A stretch of 64,000 bases of DNA from an uncultured Coriobacteriaceae bacterium (GCA_900550385.1 URRZ01000001.1:15049-79048); one strand, 5' to 3'; shown: positions 30,067-39,810, numbered from the stretch's first letter. Notes: a model not told the origin generated them from the letters alone. Numbers and translations: made by a program.

Positions 30067-31482
30067 TCAGCGCCGGCCTTGGGCGCGGAGCTTCTCCATG
30101 TCGGAGTCGGCCATGCCCTGGGTGGGGTCTTGGCGCTTGGCGTGCATGGGGTCGTCGGGGTCGCTCCACAGGCGTTCAGCGACTGGGGCCCATGCCTCGA
30201 TGGAGTCGCGGTACTTCGCGCACAGGTCGCGGGCGCTCTCCTTGGCCTGCAGGTCGGTGGAGTGCGCGCCGGTGCGTTCGACCATCTCGGCCAGCACGTT
30301 CTGGTTCTCCAGGATGGGGCAGGGGCGCAGTAGGTTGTCGTTGAACGGCTGCCCGTCGTGGTAGGCCATGAAGAGGGGCGATTTCAGCGCGTCGAGCAGC
30401 GAGCTTTCGCGGATGTTGGCGTTGGCGTAGTGGGCGAACACGCACGGTTCCACGTCGCCCGCCGCATTGATGTGCAGATAGCGCCGCCCGCCCGCGATGC
30501 AGCCGCCCACGAACTCGCCGTCGTTCTGGAAATCGAGCGTGAACAGCGGTTTTTCCTGGCGCATCCGGCGCACGAAACGGTACAGGTGCTCGCGCTGCCC
30601 GGGCGTCACCATCAGGTCGGTGGGCGCGTCGACGCCTACGGGGAAGTACGTGAAGATCCACGCGAACAGCACGCCTTGGCCGATCATCCAGTCGAAGAAC
30701 TCCTCGGACGCGATCGAGTCCGCATTCGCGCTCGTGTAGCAGCATGACACGCCGAACGGCAGCCCGTGCTCGCGCAGCAGCTCGAACGCGCGGGTCACCT
30801 TGCCGAACGTCCCCTCGCCGCGGCGGCCGTCGGTGGCGGCTTCGAACCCCTCCACGCTGATGGCGGGGACGAAATTCTTGACGCGGATCATCTCCTGGCA
30901 GAACTCCTCGTCGATGAGGGTGCCGTTGGTGAACGAGAGGAACGCGCAGTCGGGATGCGCCTCGCACAGGCGGATGAGGTCCCGCTTGCGCACAAGCGGC
31001 TCGCCGCCGGTGTAGATGTAGACATGCGTGCCCAGCTCCTTGCCTTGGCGGATGATCGAGTCGAGCTCGTCGTAGCTGAGGTTGAGGTTGCGCCCGTACT
31101 CGGCCGCCCAGCAGCCGGTGCAGTGCAGGTTGCAGGCGCTCGTGGGATCCATCAGCACCGCCCAAGGGATGTTGCAGCCGTGCTTCACGCGGTTCTTCTC
31201 CTGCTCGGGCCACGCCATCAGGTTGGCGTCGACGATGAACGTGCGCAGCAGCGCATCGCGCACCTCGGGATTGAGGTCGAGCGCCTTCATGATGAGCCGG
31301 TACCAGTTGTTCTGGCTGTCGATGGCGGTGCGGAACGCCTTGCGCTGGCTAGGGAACAGGTCGTCGGGCGCCGCCTCGTCCAGCAGGTCCATGATCTTGC
31401 GGACGTGGTTCTCCGGGTCGTCCAAAAGGTAGTCCACGGCCTTGTTGTACGCAGCTCGCTTCACATGATCGGTCGCCTTCAT
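30067..31482 (-). CDS. Radical SAM enzyme with a Cys-containing C-terminal extension (function unknown)
   Basis: It has the CNLHCTGCW (CxxxCxxC) motif, a GGEPL motif, and C-terminal Cys residues (GGCIAGG..EPCVFAH..RPCP). The start is set at MKATDH, with GGAGGAAGG upstream. Confidence 0.8.
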   Translation of the reverse strand: MKATDHVKRAAYNKAVDYLLDDPENHVRKIMDLLDEAAPDDLFPSQRKAFRTAIDSQNNWYRLIMKALDLNPEVRDALLRTFIVDANLMAWPEQEKNRVKHGCNIPWAVLMDPTSACNLHCTGCWAAEYGRNLNLSYDELDSIIRQGKELGTHVYIYTGGEPLVRKRDLIRLCEAHPDCAFLSFTNGTLIDEEFCQEMIRVKNFVPAISVEGFEAATDGRRGEGTFGKVTRAFELLREHGLPFGVSCCYTSANADSIASEEFFDWMIGQGVLFAWIFTYFPVGVDAPTDLMVTPGQREHLYRFVRRMRQEKPLFTLDFQNDGEFVGGCIAGGRRYLHINAAGDVEPCVFAHYANANIRESSLLDALKSPLFMAYHDGQPFNDNLLRPCPILENQNVLAEMVERTGAHSTDLQAKESARDLCAKYRDSIEAWAPVAERLWSDPDDPMHAKRQDPTQGMADSDMEKLRAQGRR

Positions 31483-31602
31483 CTTCGATCCTTCCTCCCC
31501 GCTTCGGGGCCGCTTCCCACCGCTAGGAGGGCGCGGCGGGAAGCTCCATCGCCGGAAACCGTGCGGTTCCGGACGGTGGTTGCTCGTGTTATGCATCAAG
31601 TG

Positions 31603-31630
31603 TTGAACATCAACAAGTGTGGATTATAAT
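31603..31630 (+). promoter_or_regulatory. Candidate sigma70-type promoter for the TetR gene, with an overlapping palindromic operator
   Basis: The promoter reads TTGAAC (31603-31608), 16 nt, TATAAT (31625-31630). The palindrome GTTGA-aca-TCAAC, flanked by direct CAAGTG repeats, overlaps the -35 element. Confidence 0.5.
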
Positions 31631-31726
31631 GCGGAAGGAAGCGCTCGGCGCATGCTCCACGCGATCTCGCCGGGCTATTCAACGCTTCATGCGAAATCGG
31701 AGAATTGGAAGGGGAGGGCGGGCCCG

Positions 31727-32383
31727 ATGGTGGAACGCAACAAGCTCGCGGAGGCGCGCGAGGCCGGGGTCGATCGCAAGGACAAGCGGGTCGCGCGCAC
31801 CGAGAAGGCCATCCGCGCGGCGTTCTTCAAGCTGCTTGCCGACGTCGATTACGAGAAGATCAGCGTGTCGGCGCTTTCGCGCGAAGCGGGGGTCGACCGC
31901 AAGACATTCTACCTTCACTACAAATCGATCGACGCGCTCGCCGACGAGCTTCTGCGCGAGCGCGCGCGTTTGATGGTGCGCTCGCTCATCGACGGGCTAC
32001 ACGCGCGGGAATGCGATCGCTCATCGGAGCCGCTCAAAATCGCCGAGCTGTCCTCGGCTTTCTGGGGCGAGTTCGCGTCGGATATGCCGCATCTGCGAAG
32101 CCAGATGAGGCATCTGCCCATGGAGATGGTGCTTGATCGCCTGCCCGACATGCTCACCGAGGCATTCGTCGAGGATGGGCGCCTCGCCGGAGAGATGCCA
32201 TCCGATATGCCGAAGTGCTACGAGCAGCTTTGTGCCGCGTTTGTCGGGGCGGGCATGATAGCCCTGTTCAGGCGGTGGCTGCTCTTCGATTCCGAGGATG
32301 CGACGCTCGAGGAGGCGGCTGCGTTATCGGAGATGCTGGTGTTCGACGGCCTGCACGGCGTGACGAAGGTCCCGATGCCCTAG
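31727..32383 (+). CDS. TetR/AcrR-family transcriptional regulator (divergent from the radical SAM gene)
   Basis: It has an N-terminal HTH (KAIRAAFFKLLADVDYEKISVSALSREAGVDRKTFYLHY). Confidence 0.8.
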   Translation: MVERNKLAEAREAGVDRKDKRVARTEKAIRAAFFKLLADVDYEKISVSALSREAGVDRKTFYLHYKSIDALADELLRERARLMVRSLIDGLHARECDRSSEPLKIAELSSAFWGEFASDMPHLRSQMRHLPMEMVLDRLPDMLTEAFVEDGRLAGEMPSDMPKCYEQLCAAFVGAGMIALFRRWLLFDSEDATLEEAAALSEMLVFDGLHGVTKVPMP

Positions 32384-32547
32384 CCGGATCGCGTTGAAGG
32401 CAGAGCGGGGGTGGAACGGGTGGAGCGCGGAGCCGCCCCCCGGCCCGCCCCCGTCCCGCCTGCGAGCGTGCACATCTGTGCTTTTTGCTTGCAACGGGCC
32501 CGCCGCATGCTCGCGGCGGGCGGTTTGGCTATACTGGCAAGCTGTTA

Positions 32548-32658
32548 CGAGTGCCTCGAATGGGCTTGGGCGGCGCCAAGTTCCGAACCTGGTCAGGTCC
32601 GGGAGGAAGCAGCCATAAGGGACCGCTGACGAGCGCCCATGCCTATTCGAGGCACTCG
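32548..32658 (+). ncRNA. ffs: Signal recognition particle RNA (small bacterial 4.5S type)
   Basis: The conserved domain IV core CCTGGTCAGGTCCGGGAGGAAGCAGCC is present. It is closed by the terminal helix GAGTGCCTCGAAT/ATTCGAGGCACTC. A TATACT -10 lies upstream at 32530-32535, and a GC hairpin follows at 32659-32691. Confidence 0.85.
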
Positions 32659-32710
32659 CGTGTCGCCGGCCGGATGACCGGCGACACGCGCATCTAGGCG
32701 AAAGGCATTC

Positions 32711-33391
32711 ATGGAGATCATCGATTTCTTCGTCAACCTGCTGTCGGATCCGCGCGGGGCGATAGCGGGCTGGATCATCACACTCGGCCCGGTCATGGTG
32801 TACACGCCGCTGTGGCTCATCGTGTTCGTCGAGACCGGCCTGGTGTTCTTCCCGTTCCTGCCGGGCGATTCGCTGCTGTTCGCGGCGGGCGTGTTCTCGG
32901 CCGACGGCGGCGGCTTGCATGTGGTGGCCACGCTTCTGGTCTTCTACACCGCGGCCATTCTGGGCAACACGTCGAACTACTGGATAGCCCGCTTCTTCGG
33001 CAAGCGCATCATCGATTCGGGCAAGGTGAAGGCGCTCACGCCCGAGCGCATGGCCAAACTCGACGAGTTCTTCGAGAAGTACGGCGGGCTCACCATCGTC
33101 ATCACGCGCTTCATGCCGTTCTTCCGCACGTTCGCCCCGTTCATCGCGGGCACCGGCCATATGAACTTCGCCAAGTTCACGCTGTTCAACTGCATCGGCG
33201 GCATCGCATGGGTCAGCTTGTTCGTGCTGGTGGGCTACTTCTTCGGCGGCGTGCCGTTCGTCCAGGAGCACTTCGAGGTCATCGTCTTGGGCATCGTGGC
33301 GGTGTCGGTGGCGCCCGCGATCATCGGCGCGGTGAAGGCCGCCTTGGGTTCGCGCAAGGGCAAGGCTGCGGAGGCGGAGGACGCCCGGTAG
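32711..33391 (+). CDS. DedA/VTT-family membrane protein
   Basis: It has the motifs FVETGLVFFPFLPGDSLLFAAG and RFMPFFRTFAPFIAG. Confidence 0.85.
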   Translation: MEIIDFFVNLLSDPRGAIAGWIITLGPVMVYTPLWLIVFVETGLVFFPFLPGDSLLFAAGVFSADGGGLHVVATLLVFYTAAILGNTSNYWIARFFGKRIIDSGKVKALTPERMAKLDEFFEKYGGLTIVITRFMPFFRTFAPFIAGTGHMNFAKFTLFNCIGGIAWVSLFVLVGYFFGGVPFVQEHFEVIVLGIVAVSVAPAIIGAVKAALGSRKGKAAEAEDAR

Positions 33392-33536
33392 GGCTCGATA
33401 GCGAATTCGCGGAGAGCGCGGGGTTGCGCCCTCGCCGCGAGGCAAGTGGGTTACCATGGGAGGCGTCCTTTTCGGAGGGCGCCTCCCGTCGTTTCGGCGC
33501 GTCGCGGCGGGAATCGATCGGGGAAAGGTGGCGTGG

Positions 33537-35942
33537 ATGGCGGAGTCGCTGTACAGGAAATATCGACCGCAGATCTTCGAGGACGTGGTCGGCCAGGAGC
33601 ACATCGAGCGCACGCTGAAGAACGCCATCGAGCAGGACAAGGTGAGCCATGCCTACCTGTTCTGCGGGCCGCGCGGAACCGGCAAGACCACCACGGCGCG
33701 CCTGCTTGCGAAGGCGCTGCTATGCGAGAAGGGCCCCACGCCCGATCCCGACGGAACGTGCGACGACTGCCGGATGATCGCCAACGGCGAGCACCCCGAC
33801 GTCAACGAGCTGGACGCCGCCAGCCGCACCGGCGTTGAGAACGTGCGCGAGGAGATCATCGGGCGCGTGCAGTTCGCCCCCACGCGCGGCCGCTACAAGG
33901 TCTACATCATCGACGAGGTCCACATGCTGTCGCCGGCAGCGTTCAACGCCCTGCTGAAGACGCTGGAGGAGCCGCCGAGCCACGTGGTGTTCATCCTGTG
34001 CACCACCGACCCCCAAAGCGTCCCCGAGACGATCCACTCGCGCTGCCAGCGCTTCGATTTCAGGCGCATCTCCATCGAGGCGATGGTGTCGCGCCTCGGC
34101 GCGATATGCGTGGCGGAAGGCGTGGAGTTCGAAGGGGAGGCGCTCGACCTCATCGCGCATCGCGCCGACGGCGGCATGCGCAACGCCCTCACCTCCTTGG
34201 AGCAGGTGATCGTCTTCTCCGATGGGGCCGTGACGCTGGAGGCCGCCGAGCGGGTGCTGGGGTCGCTGGATTCGAGCGACTTCGGCGACATCGTGGGCGC
34301 GATAGGGAAACGCGATGCGGCGACGTGCTTCCGCTGGACGGCGGAGTACGTCGAGACCGGCGCCGATCTGGCGCAGTTCACGCGTGATTTGTCCCAGCAT
34401 GTGCGCAACCTGTACGTGATGACGCTCGCGGGCGCCGACGTGGCGCTGGAGGTGAGCCCGAGCGAGAGGCGCGAGCTGGAGGCGGAGCTGCCCCTGTTCG
34501 CGCCCGACCGCCTCGCGCGGCTGTTGGGCATCCTGGGCGAGCTTTCCGGCGAGCTGAAGACGTCGACGAACCCGCGCCTGTCCTTCGAGATCGCGCTCAC
34601 CCGCATGGTGCGGCCCGACTCCGACCTCACGCTGGAGTCGCTGGCGGAACGCGTCGAGGCGCTGGAGTCGGGCTATTCCGCCGTCGCGCACGTGTCGTCC
34701 GCCCCCGCCGCGGCGTCCGGGGGCGTCCCCTTGGCGCAAAGCGGATTCCGGCAAGCGCCCGTTGCGGAGCAGCCCGCCCCCGAGCCGGTTCCGGAGCCCC
34801 GAGCGGCGCATCCCGTGCAGCCGGCCGTGCAGCCGGAGGCCCGGCCCGATGGCTGGGGCGAGGCGCGGCACGCCGCAGAGGCGGCCCCGGCGGCTTCGGC
34901 GCCTGCGGAGCCTGCGTCGATGGCGACGCGGGAGCAGTCGCGCATGGCCGCTGCGGATGCCCCGTTTGCCGACGCCGCCCCTGCTTCCGTCGCTTCGGCG
35001 TCCCCACAGCAGGCGGCTCCGCAGGCCGTCGGGGCTGGCGCATCGGCGCAGCTTTCCGCGAGCCTGGGCAACCCCGCCGCCCTCCAGCGCATCTGGCAGA
35101 GCGCCCTGTCCTCGCTGAAGAAGGAGAAGGCGGCGTTCGGCGTGCTGTTCCTCAACACTAAGGCGGTGTTCGACGCCGCCGCCGGCGCGCTGGCCATCGA
35201 CTTCCCCGTGGAGAACACGTTCGCGTTCAAAGCCGCGCAGAAGCCCGACGTGCAGGATGCGGTGGCGTCCGCGCTCGAGCGCGCCTGCGGCGAGCGCTTG
35301 GCGTTCTCCTACACGCAGGGCGCGCAGCGGGTTTCGCTGGGCGGCGGCCATATCCCGCAGGAGCCGCAGGCCTCCGCGCAGGTTCAGGCCCGTTCTCCGC
35401 AACCGGAGCCCCAGTCCCAACCGCAGCCTCAACCCCAGGCTCGCGATTCCGCCGAGCCTGCCGTAGCGGCGGCGCCGGCGGCGCCGGCGACGGGTGCCGC
35501 CGCGCCCGCATACGCCGACGATGCGGTCCCCTATGACGATGACGCCGTTCCCTATGACGACGTGGTTCCTTACGGCGACGATGCGGTGCCTTACGGCGGC
35601 CCCGCCTTCGATGGGGGCGCGATGCCCTATGGCGGAGATGCGGCGCCCTACGGCGAACCCGCCCACGCCGTTCCCGCGTTCCAAGACGCGTCTTCGAGGG
35701 CGCCCTACGAACGGCAGTCGGGCCAAGGCGCCGCCTCGACGGATGCCGCGGCGCCGCGATCCTCGGTGATGCCCGCCGCTGCCGAGCGCGCCGCCGCCTC
35801 GTCCGACGGGCGGGTCGGCATCGGGCCCGACCCCGCCGCATCCGCTGCGCCTGCCGAGCCCGTCGAGGACGCCCGCGACCTGCAGGCGATCCTCGCGGCC
35901 GGATTCGGCGATGGCGTAACGTTCGAAGAAGTGAGAGAATAG
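33537..35942 (+). CDS. dnaX: DNA polymerase III subunits gamma/tau
   Basis: It has the N-terminus LYRKYRPQIFEDVVGQEHI, the Walker A motif GPRGTGKTT, a Zn module (CxxC), and the SRC motif. The C-terminal half is long and low-complexity. Confidence 0.92.
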   Translation: MAESLYRKYRPQIFEDVVGQEHIERTLKNAIEQDKVSHAYLFCGPRGTGKTTTARLLAKALLCEKGPTPDPDGTCDDCRMIANGEHPDVNELDAASRTGVENVREEIIGRVQFAPTRGRYKVYIIDEVHMLSPAAFNALLKTLEEPPSHVVFILCTTDPQSVPETIHSRCQRFDFRRISIEAMVSRLGAICVAEGVEFEGEALDLIAHRADGGMRNALTSLEQVIVFSDGAVTLEAAERVLGSLDSSDFGDIVGAIGKRDAATCFRWTAEYVETGADLAQFTRDLSQHVRNLYVMTLAGADVALEVSPSERRELEAELPLFAPDRLARLLGILGELSGELKTSTNPRLSFEIALTRMVRPDSDLTLESLAERVEALESGYSAVAHVSSAPAAASGGVPLAQSGFRQAPVAEQPAPEPVPEPRAAHPVQPAVQPEARPDGWGEARHAAEAAPAASAPAEPASMATREQSRMAAADAPFADAAPASVASASPQQAAPQAVGAGASAQLSASLGNPAALQRIWQSALSSLKKEKAAFGVLFLNTKAVFDAAAGALAIDFPVENTFAFKAAQKPDVQDAVASALERACGERLAFSYTQGAQRVSLGGGHIPQEPQASAQVQARSPQPEPQSQPQPQPQARDSAEPAVAAAPAAPATGAAAPAYADDAVPYDDDAVPYDDVVPYGDDAVPYGGPAFDGGAMPYGGDAAPYGEPAHAVPAFQDASSRAPYERQSGQGAASTDAAAPRSSVMPAAAERAAASSDGRVGIGPDPAASAAPAEPVEDARDLQAILAAGFGDGVTFEEVRE
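35511..35660 (+). repeat. In-frame tandem acidic/aromatic repeats within the dnaX 3-prime region
   Basis: The translated sequence is YADDAVPYDDDAVPYDDVVPYGDDAVPYGGPAFDGGAMPYGGDAAPYGEP. Confidence 0.6.
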
Positions 35943-36041
35943 CTCGTCAACGCACGAGACGGATTCGAAAAGGGCGAGGCGGCAGCCGCCTTGCGCAGTT
36001 GGTCGTGCCGCTTCGGCACTTTGAAGAACAGGAGTGAGACG

Positions 36042-36389
36042 ATGTCCAGACGAGGTGGATTCCCCGGAGGCATGGGCGGCGGCAACATGAACGCCATGCT
36101 CAAGCAGGCGCAGAAGATGCAGGCGGAGCTTGCGAAAGCGCAGGACGAGATCAAGGAGATGACCTTCACCGGAACCGCCGGCGGCGGCATGGTGAAGGTG
36201 ACGGCGCTGGGCGACCAGACCATCCAGAACGTGGAGATCGACCCGGCCGCCGTGGATCCCGACGACGTCGAGATGCTGCAGGATCTGGTGTGCGCCGCCG
36301 TCAACGAGGCGCTGCGCGGCATTCAAGAGATGAGCTCGCAGCGCATGAACTCCGTGACGGGCGGGATGAACATCCCCGGCTTGATGTAG
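36042..36389 (+). CDS. ybaB: YbaB/EbfC-family nucleoid-associated protein
   Basis: It has NMNAMLKQAQKMQAEL..GGGMVKVT..IDP, and shows conserved synteny between dnaX and recR. Confidence 0.9.
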   Translation: MSRRGGFPGGMGGGNMNAMLKQAQKMQAELAKAQDEIKEMTFTGTAGGGMVKVTALGDQTIQNVEIDPAAVDPDDVEMLQDLVCAAVNEALRGIQEMSSQRMNSVTGGMNIPGLM

Positions 36390-36401
36390 CGGCGACGGCG
36401 C

Positions 36402-36998
36402 ATGTACTCCGCCCCCTCCATCCAGAAGCTCCTCGACGAGCTGGAGCGCTTGCCGGGCATAGGGCCGAAGTCCGCCCAGCGGATAGCGTATTGGCTGCTC
36501 AACACCGACAAGGCGACGGCGCTTCGCCTTTCCGAGGCGATCGTGGAGGTGAAGGACACCGTGCATTTCTGCGCGCGGTGCTTCAACTACGCGGAAAGCG
36601 AGCTGTGCGAGATCTGCTCGTCCGGCAAGCGCGACGGCTCGCTTCTGTGCGTGGTCAGCGAACCGCGCGACATTCCGCCCATCGAGCGCACCGGCGTGTT
36701 CCAAGGCGTCTACCACGTGCTGGGCGGTGCCCTGTCGCCCATGGAAGGCGTGGGGCCCGACGACCTGCATATCGCGGAGCTGCTGAAGCGCTTGGGATCG
36801 GAGGACGTGCGCGAGGTGGTGCTCGCCACCAACCCCAACATCGAAGGCGAAACCACCGCCGCCTATCTGGCGCGCCTCATCAAGCCTCTCGGCATCACCG
36901 TGACGCGCCTGGCCAGCGGGCTTCCCGTCGGCGGCGACTTGGAGTTCGCCGACGAGGTGACGCTCGGCCGCGCGCTGGAGGCGCGGCGCCCGCTGTAG
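36402..36998 (+). CDS. recR: Recombination protein RecR
   Basis: It has an HhH N-terminus (LPGIGPKSAQRIA), a Cys4 zinc finger (CARCFN..CEIC), and a Toprim domain. Confidence 0.93.
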   Translation: MYSAPSIQKLLDELERLPGIGPKSAQRIAYWLLNTDKATALRLSEAIVEVKDTVHFCARCFNYAESELCEICSSGKRDGSLLCVVSEPRDIPPIERTGVFQGVYHVLGGALSPMEGVGPDDLHIAELLKRLGSEDVREVVLATNPNIEGETTAAYLARLIKPLGITVTRLASGLPVGGDLEFADEVTLGRALEARRPL

Positions 36999-37120
36999 GG
37001 CGGCTCTGCCGCTTTTCCGGCGCTGGGGGATGGGCTCGGAGGCCCCGATGGATCGACGGTCCATCGGGGCCTTCTCCATGATGGCTCCGTACGCGGGGCG
37101 GGTGAGGCGCCCGCAAATGC

Positions 37121-37170
37121 AGAAGAGGGGCGCCGTCCCCTCCAAAAACGGCGTCCCTCTTCTGTTTTTT
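37121..37170 (+). terminator. Rho-independent terminator downstream of recR
   Basis: A 16-bp stem, AGAAGAGGGGCGCCGT...ACGGCGTCCCTCTTCT (one mismatch), is followed by GTTTTTT. A second perfect hairpin lies at 37041-37071. Confidence 0.7.
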
Positions 37171-37406
37171 CGAAGCTATGCAAGCTTCTCGCGTATGTCG
37201 GGTGACAGTATACCACCCTTCTCCATCGAATCAAGATAATATTTTTCGGCGAATAGCGGCCTTCAACCAATGGTTCGCCCCGACGCCGCGAAAGCGGCCC
37301 CGCGCGCTCGTCCGGCCCGCCTTCGCCTTCCGCGCCGTAGCTCTGCCCGGCATCTCTCGCATCGCCGTCTCGTCCAGCGCTTCGCGATGTCGCCTTGCGC
37401 CGCGCG

Positions 37407-38228
37407 CTAGCGCCCCGGGATCCCGCTCTCGCAGGGGACGCCCACCTGGCATTTCCCGCACCCGTAGCGGGTCTTCCGCCCCGGCTCGGTCGCATGGCGG
37501 ATGGTCTGCTTCAGGAACGGCCCGCAGACCTCGTGGTCTTTGCCCTCCAAGCACCCCTTCGTCACGTCGATGGCGCCCACGGGGCACGCCCTCTGGCATG
37601 CGCCGCACATGATGCACCAGTCGGTGAGCCCTTCGTAGGGCCTCGGCGTGACGGGCAGCGGACACGAGGTCACCACGCTGCCGAAGCGCCCCGCCATGCC
37701 CTTGCGCGTGATGAGGCCCTTCGACAGTCCGAATGTCCCCAAGCCGCAGATGTAGGCGGCATGGCGCTCCGACCAGTTGGAGGAATACGTGGTCAGCCCG
37801 GCATAGCGCGGATCGCCGAAGGGGTAGACGGCGCTCCAGCCGGCCTCTTCCAGGATGCGGCACAGCTCCCTGCCCGCGGCCTCGATGGCCTCCTGCCCCT
37901 CGATGCGCGCATGCAGCCATTCATCGGAAGCGAGGCGCCCGCCGACGTTCGACCGCCTCACCCGCTCGGTGAAGGGGAAGAAGAACGACACGACCGTCTT
38001 GGCGTCGGGGAGCCAATCGTGGGGGAGCAGCGCGTCGGCGCTCGCCACCTTGGGGTCCTTCGTCTTCTGGAACAGGGGGTCGTCCGCATCGCCGATCGCG
38101 AAGATCGGCGCGTCGAAGATCCGCATCCCCGCAAGGTCCTCGCGGATCGCGTCTTCCTCGGAGACGATGTTCCAGTCGGCTTGGTTCCAGCGTCGTTCGA
38201 ATTCGGAGAACAGCTTGTCGGCATCCAT
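37407..38228 (-). CDS. 4Fe-4S cluster protein related to the epoxyqueuosine reductase/reductive dehalogenase fold
   Basis: It has CIMCGACQRACPVGAI plus a second C-terminal Cys cluster, CGKCQVGVPC. The start is set at MDADKL (ATG 38228). Confidence 0.6.
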   Translation of the reverse strand: MDADKLFSEFERRWNQADWNIVSEEDAIREDLAGMRIFDAPIFAIGDADDPLFQKTKDPKVASADALLPHDWLPDAKTVVSFFFPFTERVRRSNVGGRLASDEWLHARIEGQEAIEAAGRELCRILEEAGWSAVYPFGDPRYAGLTTYSSNWSERHAAYICGLGTFGLSKGLITRKGMAGRFGSVVTSCPLPVTPRPYEGLTDWCIMCGACQRACPVGAIDVTKGCLEGKDHEVCGPFLKQTIRHATEPGRKTRYGCGKCQVGVPCESGIPGR

Positions 38229-38472
38229 GATCCCAGCCCCCTCGGCATCGGGCGCGTCTTCGAGGCGCCATGCTGCGGCGATCCCGTCCGGCGCTTTCCG
38301 CACGCGCGCAGTCCAACCCACTTCACCATAGGCCTGCGGCGCCGCCGGGGCAAGGGGGACGCCGATTCGATTCGGAATCCTTCGATGATGATAGGGAATC
38401 GTACGCCTCCGCCCCTCCGCTTCGGGCGGTTGCCCTATACTTGTGCGTTGCAGGAAAATCGGGGAGGGGACA

Positions 38473-39810
38473 ATGGTCAACGTTCCAAGTCCGGCGGTCT
38501 CGTTCGTCGGACGGCACAATTCGGGGAAGACGACGCTGATCGAGAAGGTGATCGGCGAGCTGGTCGCGCGCGGCCGCGATGTGGGCAGCGTGAAGCATCA
38601 CAGCCACGCCGGGTTCGAGATCGACTACCCCGGCAAGGATTCGTATCGCCACCGCGCCGCCGGGGCCTCCGAGACGGTCATCGCGTGCCCGGGGAAGATC
38701 GCGCGCATCAAGACCATCGAGGGCGAGGTCGAATGCGACGAGATCGTCCGGAGCATGAGCGGGCACGACATCGTGATCGTGGAGGGGTACCGCAAAAGCG
38801 GCCTGCCCACCATCGAGGTCATGCGCGCGGGCAACGCTGCCGACGAGCAGGTGGCGCGCGTGTTCGCGGAGGGGGCGCGCCGCGGTTGGCCTCTGGGGAC
38901 CGACTTCACCCAGTTCGGGAAGGGCGAGATCCCTCCCGCCGATGATGCGGAGGCGCGCGAGCAACTGCGCGAAGCCGCCGGCCAGGCGGACGCTGCGGCA
39001 CGCGCCGCGAAGGATCCCGCGGCATCGGGGGGATCCGGCATCGCGGGCAAGCTGCCGACCGCCGGTACCGTCGCCGTGGCGACCGACATCCCCGAGGCCA
39101 TCGAGGCGGCGGGGCTGTACGGGATCCCCTCTTTCGGGCTCGATGACATCCCGCAGCTTGCCGACTTCCTGGAAGAGCACTACGTCCGCCCGCGCGTGAC
39201 GGTCGTCATCCAGGCGGGCGGCGAGAGCCGGCGCATGGGCCGCAGCAAGGCGACGGTGCCCTTCGCGGGGCGCCCGCTTATCTGCCGGCTGGTCGAGCGC
39301 CTGGCGCCCGTGGCGGACGATCTGGTGATCACCACCAACGAGCCGGAGAACCTGGCGTTCCTCCATTCGGAGTACCCGCAGCTGGGCATCCAGCTGGTGC
39401 GCGACGTGTTCGACTACCGCGGGGCGCTGCCGGGGCTCTACACCGCGCTCCAAGCGGCGCGCAACCCGTTCGTGGCGGTCGTCGCCTGCGACATGGTGTT
39501 CGCCTCCTCGTCGCTGGTGGCGGCGGAGGCCATCGCGCTGAAGGAAAGCGGCGCCGACGCGGTGGTGCCCGTCAACAAGCATGGCTTCGAGCCGTTTCAT
39601 GCGATATACCGCCGCATGGAGTGCCTCCCGGCCATCCGCGAGGCGCTCGATCGCGGCGAGAAGAGGGCGCAGGGCTTCTTCGACCAGGTGAATATCCTGG
39701 AGTTCCCCCAATCCAAGGTGCTGGAGGCGGAGCCGATGGGCGGCTGCTTCATCAACGCCAACACGCCCGACGAGCTGCACGCCCTCGAGGAGGCGTGCCT
39801 GCAAGGCTAG
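38473..39810 (+). CDS. mobBA: Fused MobB-MobA (molybdopterin-guanine dinucleotide biosynthesis adapter plus molybdenum cofactor guanylyltransferase)
   Basis: The N-terminus carries the MobB P-loop VGRHNSGKTT..KHHSH. The C-terminus carries the MobA motif VIQAGGESRRMG..K. A linker of about 110 aa joins them. Confidence 0.8.
   Translation: MVNVPSPAVSFVGRHNSGKTTLIEKVIGELVARGRDVGSVKHHSHAGFEIDYPGKDSYRHRAAGASETVIACPGKIARIKTIEGEVECDEIVRSMSGHDIVIVEGYRKSGLPTIEVMRAGNAADEQVARVFAEGARRGWPLGTDFTQFGKGEIPPADDAEAREQLREAAGQADAAARAAKDPAASGGSGIAGKLPTAGTVAVATDIPEAIEAAGLYGIPSFGLDDIPQLADFLEEHYVRPRVTVVIQAGGESRRMGRSKATVPFAGRPLICRLVERLAPVADDLVITTNEPENLAFLHSEYPQLGIQLVRDVFDYRGALPGLYTALQAARNPFVAVVACDMVFASSSLVAAEAIALKESGADAVVPVNKHGFEPFHAIYRRMECLPAIREALDRGEKRAQGFFDQVNILEFPQSKVLEAEPMGGCFINANTPDELHALEEACLQG

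Noticed and set aside
30067-31482. The radical SAM enzyme as a maturase for the Cys-rich GG-leader peptides
   Set aside because: It is 19 kb away, is paired divergently with its own TetR regulator, and has no small precursor-like ORF adjacent. Nothing in the sequence connects it to the 50.7 kb cassette.
33537-35942. A programmed -1 frameshift site in dnaX (gamma/tau)
   Set aside because: By eye I found no A AAA AAG-type slippery heptamer followed by a stable hairpin in the gene, so no claim is made.
33720-37145. A 1141-aa - strand ORF
   Set aside because: It is antisense to dnaX, ybaB and recR, all of which carry unambiguous motifs.
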